Below the pieces are notes generated by a model. It was not told the DNA's origin. It ran no database searches and saw only the letters and a list, made by a program, of their open reading frames with translations. Positions 9,348-19,095 of a stretch of 64,000 nt of DNA are shown one piece after another. Within the stretch, counting starts at the first letter, position 1; each line of letters starts with the position of its first letter. A program made the position numbers and the translations under genes. The DNA is from Candidatus Sumerlaeaceae bacterium (GTDB lineage Bacteria > Sumerlaeota > Sumerlaeia > Sumerlaeales > Sumerlaeaceae). The DNA lies in contig JBPCLP010000043.1 in NCBI GenBank assembly GCA_051003195.1, forward strand, positions 1 to 64,000. The letters run 5' to 3'.

Positions 9348-10511
9348 TTGGCGCTGAACCCGAAAAAATCGGTCGGGTTAGACATTGGATCGAGCGTTGT
9401 AAAAGCTGTTCAGCTTCGCAAGGTCGGCCGCAATTTTGAACTTGAAAAGTTTGGCGTGGCGGAGATCTACCCTGGGGTCGACAAGAAGTCGGCAAGCGTG
9501 GATCGCCGCGACGCCAAAGTGGAGGCTATTCGCCAAGCGCTGAACTCTGCCGGTATTTCGGCCAAGTTTTCGGTTTCGGCTGTCAGCGGTGAATCGATCA
9601 TCGTGCGTTACATTCAACTGCCGGAGATGCCGGAGAACGAGCTGAAGGGCGCGATTCGGTGGGAAGCCGAAGATTACATCCCGTTTCCATTGGAAGAAGT
9701 TAATCTCGACTCGATGATCCTTGGGCGCAGCGAAGTTGGTGGCGCGCCGAAGATCGACGTTCTGCTGGTGGCCGCTAAAAAGGAACTGGTGGCGGAGCAT
9801 ATCGACCTCCTGAAGGGCGCTGACCTAACGCCGGCGGTGATCGACGTGGACTCCTTTGCTTTTCTTAACTGTTTTGAAGCCAATTACCTGCCCACTGCCT
9901 CAGAAGTCGTGGCGTTGCTCAACATTGGCTCCGAGATAACGAGCATTAATATCTATATTGGCGGAGTCTCGCGCTTTTCGCGCGACATCGCAGTTGCCGG
10001 GGATACGATTACCTCGGGAATCCAGCAGCGCTTGAATTGCACATTTCAGCGAGCTGAGGAGCTCAAGCTGAAGGAGGGGGCGCCCGCCGGCCATACAGAT
10101 GAGCTGGACTCGGACCTGATTGGCGGCTCCTCGCTGCTGGACACGATTCGCGGCACGGTCGAAAAGATTACCGGTGAAGACCTGGCCGAAGATTCGCCCG
10201 AGTTTATCGCTGCGAATGTGATCAAGAGCACGCTTGGCAACCTTACTAACGAGATCCGGCGCAGTATCCAGTTTTTCGAAAACCAGCCAAACGGCAAGCC
10301 GGTACAGCGCGTGGCAATTGGTGGGGGAACGGCGAACCTGCGCAACCTAGATCAATATTTTGCACGCGAACTGGGGTTGCCTGCCGAGATTATTGATCCA
10401 CTTCGCAACGTCGGCTACGGTGCGGGTGTTGCGGACCGGGACCGCCTGGAGCGGGTTCGGCAGATGCTGGGTGTAAGCCTTGGATTGGCGCTTCGGGTGT
10501 TTGACCAGTGA
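9348..10511 (+). CDS. pilM: Type IV pilus assembly protein PilM
   Basis: VGLDIGSSVVKAVQL actin-like motif, EAEDYIPF, VLLVAAKKE, EIRRSIQFF, GLALR. Confidence 0.93.
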   Translation: MALNPKKSVGLDIGSSVVKAVQLRKVGRNFELEKFGVAEIYPGVDKKSASVDRRDAKVEAIRQALNSAGISAKFSVSAVSGESIIVRYIQLPEMPENELKGAIRWEAEDYIPFPLEEVNLDSMILGRSEVGGAPKIDVLLVAAKKELVAEHIDLLKGADLTPAVIDVDSFAFLNCFEANYLPTASEVVALLNIGSEITSINIYIGGVSRFSRDIAVAGDTITSGIQQRLNCTFQRAEELKLKEGAPAGHTDELDSDLIGGSSLLDTIRGTVEKITGEDLAEDSPEFIAANVIKSTLGNLTNEIRRSIQFFENQPNGKPVQRVAIGGGTANLRNLDQYFARELGLPAEIIDPLRNVGYGAGVADRDRLERVRQMLGVSLGLALRVFDQ

Positions 10512-10529
10512 GGACGGGCGCGAGCATCC

Positions 10530-11423
10530 ATGATTAAGATTAACCTTCTTCCCCCCGAGGCGGGAAAGCGCCCACTGGCGGCTGCGAAACGATCTGCCGG
10601 CCCGAATGCTACGCCATATTACATGGTTCTGGCCCTACTCTACGTCGTTGCGTTCTATGGTGCATTCTGGGCGTATCAGCAGGGTGAAAAGGCAACCAAG
10701 CTTCTGGCGCAAAAAACATCGGATCGCGATAAGAGAAAAGCCGAAGTTAAGCGCCGCGAAAAGCGATTCCAGGAAAACAACCTTCTCTCGCAGGAGATTG
10801 AGGAAAAGTATGCAGTGGTGCAGGCGCTGGGGCCTGAAAACCGGATTTTCTGGTCCGAGAAGATGAACATGGTAGCGAAGGCTCGAATGAACCTGGCTGT
10901 CTATGTAACTAAGCTGCGCCTGGATGAAACGATACTGGAGCTCGAAACGCCCGAAAGCGTAAAAAAACGTGAAGAGTGGGCGCGGCAGCAGCAGAAGAAT
11001 CAGGCCAAGGGGACTGAGCCAAAGCCGATTAAGCAGCCGGTAATTAACCAAACACTTACCATTGAGGCTATAGCTTACGGAGCGGACTCAAGCCAGCGCC
11101 TGCGGCAGGTAAACTCCTTCTATGAAAACCTTAAAACACTGCAGTGGAAGCGAAAGAGCGGCACGCCAGCCAGATTCCTGGAAAGACTGAGGCCGGACCT
11201 GGGTCAGCTCAATCAAAGGGTAGCCCGAGTGGGCGGCGTTGACGTGTTGCGGTTCGGCTTTGCGATACAGGCGAATCCGCAATTGACCAAAATCACAACC
11301 AACCAAGGCGCTCCGGGGTCGCTATTGACCTTGCCCGGCCAAGTTCCGACGACGGCCACTGCGGCGAAGGCCACTCCGGCTGCAGCTGCAACTCCATCTT
11401 TACCACGGGAGGGAGCCAAGTAA
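10530..11423 (+). CDS. pilN: Type IV pilus assembly protein PilN
   Basis: N-terminal IKINLLP motif, one TM helix, coiled coil; follows pilM. Confidence 0.8.
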   Translation: MIKINLLPPEAGKRPLAAAKRSAGPNATPYYMVLALLYVVAFYGAFWAYQQGEKATKLLAQKTSDRDKRKAEVKRREKRFQENNLLSQEIEEKYAVVQALGPENRIFWSEKMNMVAKARMNLAVYVTKLRLDETILELETPESVKKREEWARQQQKNQAKGTEPKPIKQPVINQTLTIEAIAYGADSSQRLRQVNSFYENLKTLQWKRKSGTPARFLERLRPDLGQLNQRVARVGGVDVLRFGFAIQANPQLTKITTNQGAPGSLLTLPGQVPTTATAAKATPAAAATPSLPREGAK

Positions 11424-11992
11424 TGTTAGATAAACTCACACCGCCGCAAAGAGATGCGATAAAAGCGGGCTCGATCCTGGCAATCGTGCTGTTCGGCGGC
11501 GCGTACGCTTTCTATGCGTATTACATCCAACCCGAGATGAAGCGCAATTATGACCTTGTCGCCAAAATAGACGTCGAAATCAAGGACTTGAATCGCCGGC
11601 TTGCAGAGATGGACGAAGCCGAAAAGAACATGGAGCTGCTGAAACAGAAGCAGGAATACCTAAGGCAAATTGCGGCCAAGCTGCCGTCAAGTATCGCGCC
11701 CCAGGAGTTCTATAACGCGATGATCGAAATCCTTCAGACAACGCGGGTGGATTACTCTGCTCTTGCACAATTGAAGCTGGAAGAGCGCCAGGTTTACACG
11801 GAGATCCCTTACATGATTTCCGGCAAGGGGCGTTATCATGACTTCGGGCAATTCCTGAACATGGTAGAAGAAAACCCTGTTCGATTGATGCGGGTTAAGA
11901 AATTCACGGTCGAAAATGACGACCGCAGGCCCAGCATTCACCCGATTACCGTGGAACTCGCGACGTTTATGTTCAACAAAAGGACTCCTTAG
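11423..11992 (+). CDS. pilO: Type IV pilus assembly protein PilO
   Basis: TM plus coiled coil, 'KLP', 'YTEIP...GRYHDFGQFLNMVE...RLM'; TAATG coupling to pilN. Confidence 0.85.
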   Translation: MLDKLTPPQRDAIKAGSILAIVLFGGAYAFYAYYIQPEMKRNYDLVAKIDVEIKDLNRRLAEMDEAEKNMELLKQKQEYLRQIAAKLPSSIAPQEFYNAMIEILQTTRVDYSALAQLKLEERQVYTEIPYMISGKGRYHDFGQFLNMVEENPVRLMRVKKFTVENDDRRPSIHPITVELATFMFNKRTP

Positions 11993-11995
11993 CAC

Positions 11996-13066
11996 GTGAA
12001 CGCGCGAATCTATACACAGATGCTGCATTGCAGAGAAGGTGCTCTATGTGTGTTGCTATGTTGTAGCCTTGTATTGCCGGCGCTGAGTGCTCCGCCGCGT
12101 ACGTCTGGCGTGGAAGTGGAAGTAGGAACAACAGAAACGGCCACGGTGACACCGGTTCCTGCTGCTCCGACTGCCGCGGCTGCCGAAGCCGAACCAACTT
12201 CCGATACAGTGACGGCGTTGCAAACCGATGCGGAGGCAGCAAGCTCTGCGGAAAAGATCCTGCCGGTGCCGGGATCAACGCTCGAAAGTACCGAACAGCG
12301 GTCGTTGGATGGCGCAGCCTCGGTTGCGCAGCCGCCGTCAGTCCAGTTGAAACCGGATGGCAGTGTCGTTCTCAATGATGGTCAAAGCAGTGAGGCAGTG
12401 GCTGTAAAGAGCGCGGCCGAGCTGTTAAAAATGCTTGGGTTAAAGCCGCCAGCGCCCCGGCCCGCAGAAGGTTACGAGAGCGACGAGGAATCTACAGCCA
12501 CAAAATTCGACGTGGATGCCATTCAACGTCTAATCGGTCGGGAGCCAACGGTAGTGTACCGGGTGGTGGTCGACAATACGCCGCTGCCGGATCCAATGAT
12601 CGTTCCATGGATTCGGAATCAAAAACTGCTCGAAGAAACCTTCAATAAGGCTATTGAAAAGCTGGCGAATAACGAGTTAGATGACGGCCGAGCTATGCTG
12701 CTCGACATCCTGACTCAGTACCCAAATACAGAATATGCGCAGCAGGCTAAGGAAATTCTGGAGAAGATTAACCAGGTTGCCGCGGCTGGACCGCCTAAAA
12801 AATCGACGTTCATAAAAGCACCGGCTCCTGTTGACATTCAAATTAACCCGAACGTAAAAGTTGGGACAGTCATTGCAGATCCGGCCAATTCGGCCGACAA
12901 TCGCGTGATGATAAATGGAAGAGTTTATAAGATTGGGGATGCTATTCGAAGCTTCCCAAATCACAAGGTAGTCGGGATAACCGAGGATTCCGTGACCTTG
13001 GAAGTGGAGTTGTCCGGGCAAAAAAGGTCGTTTGACGTACCTGTACGCCCGAACGTGTCGCAATAA
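11996..13066 (+). CDS. Exported protein in the PilP position (PilP/GspB-like C-terminus, internal TPR-like helix pair)
   Basis: Between pilO and pilQ; signal-like N-terminus; 'TQYPNTEYAQQA' TPR-like; C-terminal 'VMINGRVYKIGD...VVGITEDSVTLE'. Confidence 0.6.
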   Translation: MNARIYTQMLHCREGALCVLLCCSLVLPALSAPPRTSGVEVEVGTTETATVTPVPAAPTAAAAEAEPTSDTVTALQTDAEAASSAEKILPVPGSTLESTEQRSLDGAASVAQPPSVQLKPDGSVVLNDGQSSEAVAVKSAAELLKMLGLKPPAPRPAEGYESDEESTATKFDVDAIQRLIGREPTVVYRVVVDNTPLPDPMIVPWIRNQKLLEETFNKAIEKLANNELDDGRAMLLDILTQYPNTEYAQQAKEILEKINQVAAAGPPKKSTFIKAPAPVDIQINPNVKVGTVIADPANSADNRVMINGRVYKIGDAIRSFPNHKVVGITEDSVTLEVELSGQKRSFDVPVRPNVSQ

Positions 13067-13084
13067 AGGAAAGGATACGAACCA

Positions 13085-15190
13085 ATGCGAAGGGATTGGT
13101 TAGGTACCCACGTTGCCGCGGTTGTAGCGGTACCGTTTGTGCTTGGATTGCAACCAGCAGAGGTGGTTGCAATAAATGCTGAGCCTGCTGCTACGATATT
13201 AGCGCAGGCTGCGGGCCCAGGATCGGCGTTGCCGGCGCCGGCTGATACGGTTCCATCAGCGACAGCACCCGTGAAGGATACGGGAGCCGAAACGGCCACG
13301 ACAACGTCGAAAACCATACAGGCCGTCGATTCTGCTGAACCCGCGGCAGCTCGTGATCTGGACGGAACGTTGCCGCCGGAAGATGGGGACGTTGTGCCGC
13401 CTACTCCAGATGGCGAGACGCCATTCAGGATTCGGGGAGACGATGAGTTGCCATCCAGGGCAACCATGATCGAGAACCCGTATCTCAGGGCTACGTCGGC
13501 CGACTCTTCTCAAGAGACGGGAGTCACGGCGGCAGGGCAGGAGTACGGAGCATTTGTTCCCCCATCCGGAACAAAGGCGACCGAGATACGCGGGCAGGAA
13601 GCCGGATCTGAGATGCTTACCATTCTCGGGTCTGACGTTTATAACCGGCGCGTGAACATTACGACCCCGCCCGATACGGAAGTCGCGGAAGTTGTGCGTC
13701 TGCTTGCGGAACGCGCCGCTCTCAACTTCGTGTATGCGGAAGGTGTGATACGGGGCCGTGTAACGCTGAACCTCCGCGATGTGCCACTTGGCGTGGCGCT
13801 TCAGAGTCTGCTCAGCGCCCAGGACCTCGCAATCATTCGCGAGGGTGCTAATGTCATGCGAATTGCGCCGCGCAAGGACGTCCGTCCCGGACAGATTGAC
13901 AGTCGCACCATCTACATCAAGCTTAACTGGGTCCCGGCAGAGGCCCTGGAAAAGACACTTGCAGATGTGCTCGGCAGTTCCGGCGGCGGCACTATTAAAG
14001 CGCACACAGAATCAAACACGCTCATTATCACCGATACAGCTCCGAACGTTGCGCTGTTACGGGATTTAACGACGCAGCTCGACGTGCCGGAGAAGCAGGT
14101 AATGATTGAAGCGCGCATGGTTGAACTGTTGATCGACGATGGGCGTGCATTAGGATCAGACGTGACGCTTGAGCGGCGGGACCGTTCCGGAAATAGTCCA
14201 TTTAACGGGACGCTCTCCTCTAACGGTCCACGTAGTGGAAAGGGTGACGTTGTCAGTGTAGGCCCGAATGGCCAGATAGTCATTGAGCCCGGCGAGGACG
14301 CTTTACCGGCCCGGCCTGTTGATACTATCGTTTCATCGCTTCTTACGGGCAGCCCGACCAGTATTGGATTTGGTGGCGTGGTGTCTATCTTCGGCCGTCA
14401 ATTCGATCTTGCTGCAGTACTCGACGCGCTTGAAACACGCAGAATTGTCAATACATTGGCAGCGCCACGAGTCATTACTCTTAACAATCAATCGGCCAAT
14501 ATCGACATTCAGACCGAAGTTCCTTATATTGAGGCGCAGCAGGGTGTTTCACAAAGCGTAACTGCGGCCACGGTTAAGTTTAAAGACGTCGGAATTCGAT
14601 TAGAGGTCCTGCCCACGATTACGAACAATGGCTATGTGCGGATGCAGCTGACACCCGAGCAACGGATTCAGTCGGGTCGTTTCTCAACCGCAGCTGGTGA
14701 CGTTCCAATCATTGATCGCCGGACGGCCGTTACAAACGTTATTGTGAAAGACGAAGACACGGTAGTGCTGGGTGGACTTCGGCAGGTTGCAGCATCGGAC
14801 ACAAAAACGCAGGTGCCCTGGATTGGGCAGACTCCAATCATCGGCTGGTTCTTCAAGCGTGACGTCAAGACGCACACTAAAACGGATCTCATGCTGTTTG
14901 TCACACCGCACATCGTGAAGTCGCCGGTGTTGACGCCTGCTGAGAATTACAAATTCACCCGCGTTGATGCGCACTGGGATCTTCCGGACTTCTTCTTTGA
15001 TGACTCGGTGGACCAGCGTGAGGCACATCACCGTTGGGAACTTGACCATAACCCGCGTGATTACTATCCTCAGACCCTGAAACTGCCGCCTCCAACCGAA
15101 CTGCTTCCAGCAGAATCAGTTGAGTCGACGGTTACTGAAACCGAGACAACACTGGAAGCACCTGCTTCCGAAGGTGTCGCACCTAAGTAA
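13085..15190 (+). CDS. pilQ: Type IV pilus / T2SS secretin PilQ
   Basis: N0 domain (GRVTLNLRDVP), N3 (NTLIITD...LDVPEKQVMIEARMVE), secretin core (APRVITLNNQSA, VPWIGQTPIIGWFFK, LFVTPHIV). Confidence 0.9.
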   Translation: MRRDWLGTHVAAVVAVPFVLGLQPAEVVAINAEPAATILAQAAGPGSALPAPADTVPSATAPVKDTGAETATTTSKTIQAVDSAEPAAARDLDGTLPPEDGDVVPPTPDGETPFRIRGDDELPSRATMIENPYLRATSADSSQETGVTAAGQEYGAFVPPSGTKATEIRGQEAGSEMLTILGSDVYNRRVNITTPPDTEVAEVVRLLAERAALNFVYAEGVIRGRVTLNLRDVPLGVALQSLLSAQDLAIIREGANVMRIAPRKDVRPGQIDSRTIYIKLNWVPAEALEKTLADVLGSSGGGTIKAHTESNTLIITDTAPNVALLRDLTTQLDVPEKQVMIEARMVELLIDDGRALGSDVTLERRDRSGNSPFNGTLSSNGPRSGKGDVVSVGPNGQIVIEPGEDALPARPVDTIVSSLLTGSPTSIGFGGVVSIFGRQFDLAAVLDALETRRIVNTLAAPRVITLNNQSANIDIQTEVPYIEAQQGVSQSVTAATVKFKDVGIRLEVLPTITNNGYVRMQLTPEQRIQSGRFSTAAGDVPIIDRRTAVTNVIVKDEDTVVLGGLRQVAASDTKTQVPWIGQTPIIGWFFKRDVKTHTKTDLMLFVTPHIVKSPVLTPAENYKFTRVDAHWDLPDFFFDDSVDQREAHHRWELDHNPRDYYPQTLKLPPPTELLPAESVESTVTETETTLEAPASEGVAPK

Positions 15191-15210
15191 GAAGTTTAAG
15201 ATGTTTGGTG

Positions 15211-15239
15211 AGCCGGGAGAAATTCTCCCGGCTTTTTTT
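15211..15239 (+). terminator. Rho-independent terminator of the pil operon
   Basis: AGCCGGGAGA-AAT-TCTCCCGGCT followed by a T run. Confidence 0.88.
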
Positions 15240-15302
15240 ATTTACGCAAGGCGCGCCTTGGTTTTTGTTGCGATGGCAGTGCACGTGCCGATGATCTAAT
15301 TC

Positions 15303-17018
15303 ATGTCGACGACACTAAGTGCGGCAGCGCGAGCCAGCCGTGCGCGGGGCGCTGGATGTGAATTGCACAGCGGCCTCTGCTATTTCTATAATGGCATTGT
15401 TCATACGATGAACCCCGCTGCGCCTGTGTCGCCCCATCTCCTGGTGCAGGGAAATCGCGTTTGGCATTGCAGCAATGACGCAGCCCCTTTGGGCCTCGAC
15501 TTTCGCGACTCTGCATTTGCGGTTACGAAGCGCAATATGTCCAGGGACGTGCAGTTCATCGACCTGGGCGGACGCACGGTAATTCCAGGACTTGTGGATG
15601 CTCACGTCCACTTTTTGTGGTGGGCGCTGAATCTCAAACTTGCGGACCTTAGTACTGCTCGCAGTGAAGACCAGGCTGTGCAAATGCTGAAGGGGCACTG
15701 CTCAAATGCGAAACCAGGGGAATGGATCGTTGGTTTTGGGTGGTCGCACAACGCATGGAAGGCTCCAGGGCTTCCCAGCTCTCGCTCGCTGGACGAGGCA
15801 TTCGCGGCAAATCCGGTCTACCTTAGTTCCAAGTGCGGACACCTTGCGTGGGTGAATAGCGCCGCGCTGGCTGCCGCCGAAGTTACCGCTTCCACGGGTG
15901 ATCCGGCGGGTGGAGAGATAGAGAGAGCCGAAGGCCGTATAACAGGAATTCTCAAAGAAACCGCCAACGCGCTGGTGCACGACCGGATAGCGGCGCCGAC
16001 AGATGAACAGCGCATGAATGCACTTCGGCAGGGACAGGAAATCGCCCACAGCCTTGGCATTACCGGGATGCATACGCCCGAAGATTTGGATACCTGGGGT
16101 TTTATGCAGCGCGCACATGAAAATAAAGAGCTGACGATGCGCGTGAATTTCTGGATACCTGCATCCGCATTGGAGTCGCTTGAGTCTCTGCAGATTCGCC
16201 ACGGGTTGGGGGATGACCGGCTGCGGATCGGGGCCGTAAAGCTGTTTTCCGATGGAAGCCTCGGTGGCCGGACGGCGCTTATGCAGGCGCCCTATGAGAA
16301 CGAACCGGAGAATTTCGGTATCTGTGTGTGCGAAGCGGATGAGATAGAGCGCATTACGTTGAAGGCAAACCGTGCGGGCCTGGCGATGGCGATCCACGCG
16401 ATTGGCGACAAGGCGGTTGATAATGTTCTGAGGGCATATGAGAGTGCGCAGGATCAGTTGCGGTCGGAGGGTGGCGCCCCACCGATTCAGAATCGCATTG
16501 AGCATCTGCAGGTACTTTCGCCGGAGTTCGTGCCACGCTTGCAGAAAGTTCGGCCCATTGCAAGCATGCAGCCTGTTCACCTTTGCGCCGACATGGGACC
16601 TGCGGATCGATTCTGGGGTGCGCGCGGCCGTTATGCTTATGCATTTCGCACATTGCAGGAGGCGGGATGCACGCTGGCGTTTGGTTCGGATGCGCCGGTG
16701 GAACCTGTCAACCCTTTCTATGGACTCTACGCCGCCACGACACGGCGCAGCCTGGAGAACGAGCCTGCAGGAGGGTGGTACCCGGAGGAGAAGATCTCGC
16801 TGCAATGCGCACTGGAAGCCTACACGATTAATACGGCAGTCGCTTCGGGGCAAGCGGCGCAGCTTGGCAGCCTGGCTCCCGGAAAGCTCGCCGACTTTGT
16901 CGTGGTGGAGCAGGATCCGTTTGAGGTGAGCCCAGCCGAATTGCGCGACATAAAACCGGTCGCGACTTACTCGGGCGGCCGCCTGGTATGGGGCGGCGAA
17001 TTTATGGATGGAGGGTAG
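15303..17018 (+). CDS. Amidohydrolase family 3 (YtcJ-like) metal-dependent hydrolase
   Basis: DLGGRTVIPGLVDAHVH, KLFSDGSLG, HAIGD, RIEH, FGSDAPV, GKLADFVV. Confidence 0.9.
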   Translation: MSTTLSAAARASRARGAGCELHSGLCYFYNGIVHTMNPAAPVSPHLLVQGNRVWHCSNDAAPLGLDFRDSAFAVTKRNMSRDVQFIDLGGRTVIPGLVDAHVHFLWWALNLKLADLSTARSEDQAVQMLKGHCSNAKPGEWIVGFGWSHNAWKAPGLPSSRSLDEAFAANPVYLSSKCGHLAWVNSAALAAAEVTASTGDPAGGEIERAEGRITGILKETANALVHDRIAAPTDEQRMNALRQGQEIAHSLGITGMHTPEDLDTWGFMQRAHENKELTMRVNFWIPASALESLESLQIRHGLGDDRLRIGAVKLFSDGSLGGRTALMQAPYENEPENFGICVCEADEIERITLKANRAGLAMAIHAIGDKAVDNVLRAYESAQDQLRSEGGAPPIQNRIEHLQVLSPEFVPRLQKVRPIASMQPVHLCADMGPADRFWGARGRYAYAFRTLQEAGCTLAFGSDAPVEPVNPFYGLYAATTRRSLENEPAGGWYPEEKISLQCALEAYTINTAVASGQAAQLGSLAPGKLADFVVVEQDPFEVSPAELRDIKPVATYSGGRLVWGGEFMDGG

Positions 17019-17060
17019 TTTCATACACAGCTCCACCATCAGCGGTGCGGTCGCAATGCG

Positions 17061-19037
17061 TTGGTGAGTCCGCAGGAACCAGCGGGCGAGCCGGGGGCCT
17101 GGGCGCGCTATCGTAAAGAAGTCATCGTAGTCTTGCTGTTTATTGCCGTTCCTACTTTGGTGTATGTCGGGCTGAGCTATAATCGTTCGCAACTGGCCGG
17201 ATACTACCTGCTGGCGGGAGGCCAGGGTTCTGTCGCAATCGAGCGTACTGTAACTGGTTTCAAGACCAGCGAGTTTATATTGCCCTATTCGCATACACCC
17301 GCCACGTTGACGGTGCACCAGCGGGGAACACGAATCTGGATGGAAGGCGAATATTCGGCGGCACCGGGCAGCGGCACAGTTGCGGCGATGATTCTATACC
17401 TCAGAGCTTCAGCTGTGCGGCCGGGGGACTTTGACCTTGAATTGTACAATGTGGTGAGTCGAGGCCCGAAATGGTTTCAGCGCGTGTGGCTGTGGGTTAA
17501 AAGCTTGTGGAAGCCGAGGCCCGCTACGTCGGTCGGGCCGCTGCTTGGGTTTATGCACCGTGTAGATGATCCTGACGCGATTGCTTATATGGAGCTGGCC
17601 AGAAAAGAAGGCGGGGTGCTCATGCCCGGGCACTCTATTGCGCCGACGAATGGTACGATGTTATTCGCTACTTCACCCAATGCGCCCATTATGCTCGCGA
17701 ACGCACGGCGAGCCGCAGAACGCCACCCCGACGATCTGTATCTGCGTATTCTGTTACTCGATGCCCTGCTGCGCGCTGGAATTACGACAGAGTTGACGCA
17801 GAAGATCGCCGACTGGAAGGCTGAGTTTGAAAGAGGCGCCGCGTCAGACCCTTTCGCGACTGCTATGTTCCGGCTGATTGAACAGAAGTCGCGTGGGCTG
17901 GAAGCACTGCAGGAGGGGAAGAACGCGTACGGCGATTTGCTCGCCGCTCTGGCGCCCGATTCCGATTTGCAGGAAACGGTGAAAGCAATCGAGCGCATTA
18001 AAAATGCAAAAGCGCTGAGCACACCAGGCGGTGTGACCTACCCCAGTACGCAAGTTATCAACTTTCTCGTGGCGCAGGTTCGTGTGAAGGTACTTGGGGT
18101 TTCCCTGTGGTTTCGACTGCTTGCCGGAGATGTAGATGGGGGCATGTCCATTGCGGTCGGGCGGATGCGGATCGGCCAGGTTGTTGAGGAATTCGATATC
18201 TGGATCATCACCCGGCTGATCGGTATTGCCATTCGCTCCATGGCGGCAGCCGATCTGATCCGGTTTGCCGGGAACGCTCCGCTGACGCTGGAACAGTGTG
18301 ACAGGCTATGCTCGGATCTGGACCGACTGAACACTTATGAGCTCCCGGCGGAACTTGTAAATTTTTATGAATTGGGCTGGCCTGGCGAGCTTCCTGCGGC
18401 GGCCAGGTTGTCGAGAGCTAATCTGATGGAGGTGCGAACGCGCTACAATATGGCGTCAACCAGGTTTCGGCTGGCACGCACAATCGCCGCCGCACGCCGA
18501 ATGCTTATCGCGAGCGGTGAGCTGCCCGATATGGGAAAACCCGGGAGCCTGGCTCCTCTTCTACCGTCGGGTCTCCCGACTGACGTATTTTCCCCGACGA
18601 CGTCTCCGCTTAAAGCCATTAATCATGTCAGTTCGCAGACGCTTGTCGTCTATAGCGTCGGCCCTGACCAGACGGACGATCGCGCCGCGTGGGAGTACGA
18701 TGCTACCAACGGCACTGTCAGCACGGGTGACATCACTGCGGAACTGCGCCGCGTGCCTAAATACCCGTTTGCTGCCGGGGGAACCCGTGCGGGAACTTCG
18801 GCCACGCTGGTTGCGCAGTTTCCTGAGGGCTTACCGCCAGACCCCTTTGCGGATACCAGAGGCCGCGGTCTAAGCATTGTCGAAACGACGGGTTCGGTGC
18901 TTGTATATAGTTATGGACCCGACACGGACCAGCGCGAAGTGGAAGATTTTAAGGGCGCGTATGTGCCTGCAGTCTCATACGATCCGACCAACGGCACGGT
19001 TTCAAAAGGAGACCTGGTGACTACTCTTTCGAGGTAA
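17061..19037 (+). CDS. Membrane-anchored hypothetical protein with two C-terminal GspG/pseudopilin-like tail repeats
   Basis: N-terminal TM; two units GLP.D.F...VYS.GPD...YD.TNGTVS.GD. Confidence 0.65.
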   Translation: MVSPQEPAGEPGAWARYRKEVIVVLLFIAVPTLVYVGLSYNRSQLAGYYLLAGGQGSVAIERTVTGFKTSEFILPYSHTPATLTVHQRGTRIWMEGEYSAAPGSGTVAAMILYLRASAVRPGDFDLELYNVVSRGPKWFQRVWLWVKSLWKPRPATSVGPLLGFMHRVDDPDAIAYMELARKEGGVLMPGHSIAPTNGTMLFATSPNAPIMLANARRAAERHPDDLYLRILLLDALLRAGITTELTQKIADWKAEFERGAASDPFATAMFRLIEQKSRGLEALQEGKNAYGDLLAALAPDSDLQETVKAIERIKNAKALSTPGGVTYPSTQVINFLVAQVRVKVLGVSLWFRLLAGDVDGGMSIAVGRMRIGQVVEEFDIWIITRLIGIAIRSMAAADLIRFAGNAPLTLEQCDRLCSDLDRLNTYELPAELVNFYELGWPGELPAAARLSRANLMEVRTRYNMASTRFRLARTIAAARRMLIASGELPDMGKPGSLAPLLPSGLPTDVFSPTTSPLKAINHVSSQTLVVYSVGPDQTDDRAAWEYDATNGTVSTGDITAELRRVPKYPFAAGGTRAGTSATLVAQFPEGLPPDPFADTRGRGLSIVETTGSVLVYSYGPDTDQREVEDFKGAYVPAVSYDPTNGTVSKGDLVTTLSR

Positions 19038-19095
19038 GCCGTGGGTTAGTCGGTGTTGCAACTCCATGCTTGCACGGTTCTCGCGAAGCTGACGC

